DNA of 63,813 bases, the filler included, from Octopus bimaculoides (Eukaryota), in the NCBI RefSeq assembly GCF_001194135.2. It is 11 parts of 11 records of this genome, joined end to end, with 100 filler letters (N's around TTAATTAATTAA, not from the genome) between each part and the next. Parts side by side here need not be neighbours in the genome. Positions count along the whole stretch, not along the records: positions 61,720 to 63,813 come from NC_068995.1; 10 more parts are not named here. One strand, written 5' to 3'. The stretch's first letter is position 1. Each line of letters begins with the position of its first letter. The notes under the pieces were generated by a model that was not told where the DNA came from, searched no databases, and saw nothing but the letters and a program-made list of their open reading frames with translations. Both the position numbers and the translations under genes were made by a program. Positions 62,621-63,813 of this stretch are shown here, piece after piece.

Positions 62621-63813
62621 TCATAAAGAGGAGGGGCCTGCGTTGAGTCCGAAGGGGAAAGTTGTTCGTAAGTTGAAAATATAGCGCTGTTCCAGGTGGA
62701 GTCGCGAGGGAGTGGATCCATGGTGCAGAGCAAGCCAAAAATGGAGATGTTAGAGGAGGAGTATTGGCCAAGTGCAAGGTGTTCGGTGAAACGGTCGGCC
62801 AGCCGGCGGCCTGTCTGACCCACGTATAGTTTGTCACATAAGTTGCATCTGATGCAGTAGATTAGGTTAGAGGAGGTGCAAGAGAAACTGTGTGGAATAC
62901 GAAGAGTGTGCAGGTTAGACCCTNNNNNNNNNNNNNNNNNNNNNNNNNNNNNNNNNNNNNNNNNNNNNNNNNNNNNNNNNNNNNNNNNNNNNNNNNNNNN
63001 NNNNNNNNNNNNNNNNNNNNNNNNNNNNNNNNNNNNNNNNNNNNNNNNNNNNNNNNNNNNNNNNNNNNNNNNNNNNNNNNNNNNNNNNNNNNNNNNNNNN
63101 NNNNNNNNNNNNNNNNNNNNNNNNNNNNNNNNNNNNNNNNNNNNNNNNNNNNNNNNNNNNNNNNNNNNNNNNNNNNNNNNNNNNNNNNNNNNNNNNNNNN
63201 NNNNNNNNNNNNNNNNNNNNNNNNNNNNNNNNNNNNNNNNNNNNNNNNNNNNNNNNNNNNNNNNNNNNNNNNNNNNNNNNNNNNNNNNNNNNNNNNNNNN
63301 NNNNNNNNNNNNNNNNNNNNNNNNNNNNNNNNNNNNNNNNNNNNNNNNNNNNNNNNNNNNNNNNNNNNNNNNNNNNNNNNNNNNNNNNNNNNNNGTAGAG
63401 GTGGGAGTCAGTGGGTTTGAAGAAGGCGGAGGTAGTTAGAGAGTTGGAGGGGAGGTTGATGGAAAAGAGATCTCGAGGAAGTTAACAGAGGTGTCAGAGA
63501 TGGTAGAAGTAAATTCAAGAGCAGGGTGGAAGTTGGAGAGGAAAGAGATGGAAAGGCAGAGCTGTTCGCGGGAGAGGGAGGTGGATCCTATACAGTCATC
63601 TATGTAGCGACCGTATAGTTCTGGGGTCGGACCGGAGAATTGGGAGAATACTTGGGCCTCAATGTAACCAACAAATAGGTTGGTGTAATTGGGGCCCATT
63701 CTCGTTCCCATCGCGACCCCAGATTACTGTTGGTAGGTTTCTCCGGCGAACGTGAAGCAGTTGAGGGTGAGGATGAGTTCTGCCAGACGAAGCAGGGTAG
63801 GGGTGCTAGGTGT
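62621..63813 (-). mobile_element. Penelope-like retrotransposon, RT plus GIY-YIG endonuclease, decayed and gapped
   Basis: TLLRLAELILTLNCFTFAGETYQQ*SGVAMGTRMGPNYTNLFVGYIE...YGRYIDDC...NFHPALEFT...FFKPTDSHLY; after the gap FSCTSSNLIYCIRCNLCDKLYVGQTGRRLADRFTEHL...RLHLEQRYIFNLRTTFPFGLNA, stop 62623-62621. Confidence 0.95.

Overview
Eukaryotic, AT-rich draft-assembly sequence, extremely rich in microsatellites, with roughly 9 kb (about 14%) of N. The tRNA-derived SINE families and (TA)n/(CA)n density look like an octopus (coleoid cephalopod) genome; this is inference and cannot be proved from the window. I recognise no host protein-coding gene. Almost all long ORFs in the supplied track are artefacts of microsatellites or N runs. 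A few candidate exons and two promoter-like CpG patches (about 2.9 kb and 5.1 kb) are reported at low confidence. What is well supported is transposon debris: five Penelope-like (PLE) RT/GIY-YIG fragments, all on the minus strand; three RTE and one CR1/L2-type LINE 3' ends; one full-length decayed mariner plus fragments; several MITEs with clean TIRs and TSDs; a Helentron-type HINE/DINE-1-like element; and many SINE copies. The most interesting signal is a set of minimal type I hammerhead-ribozyme motifs from at least four unrelated repeat families. One (18305-18360) has an intact catalytic core, and most have the palindromic stem III typical of PLE-associated dimeric hammerheads. Also notable are a 421-bp MITE folding a perfect 63-bp inverted repeat around a head-to-head telomeric tract, and a 5-kb TIR/TSD-bounded element with no visible transposase. 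Ten TTAATTAATTAA islands inside 44-N flanks are assembly spacers, not biology.
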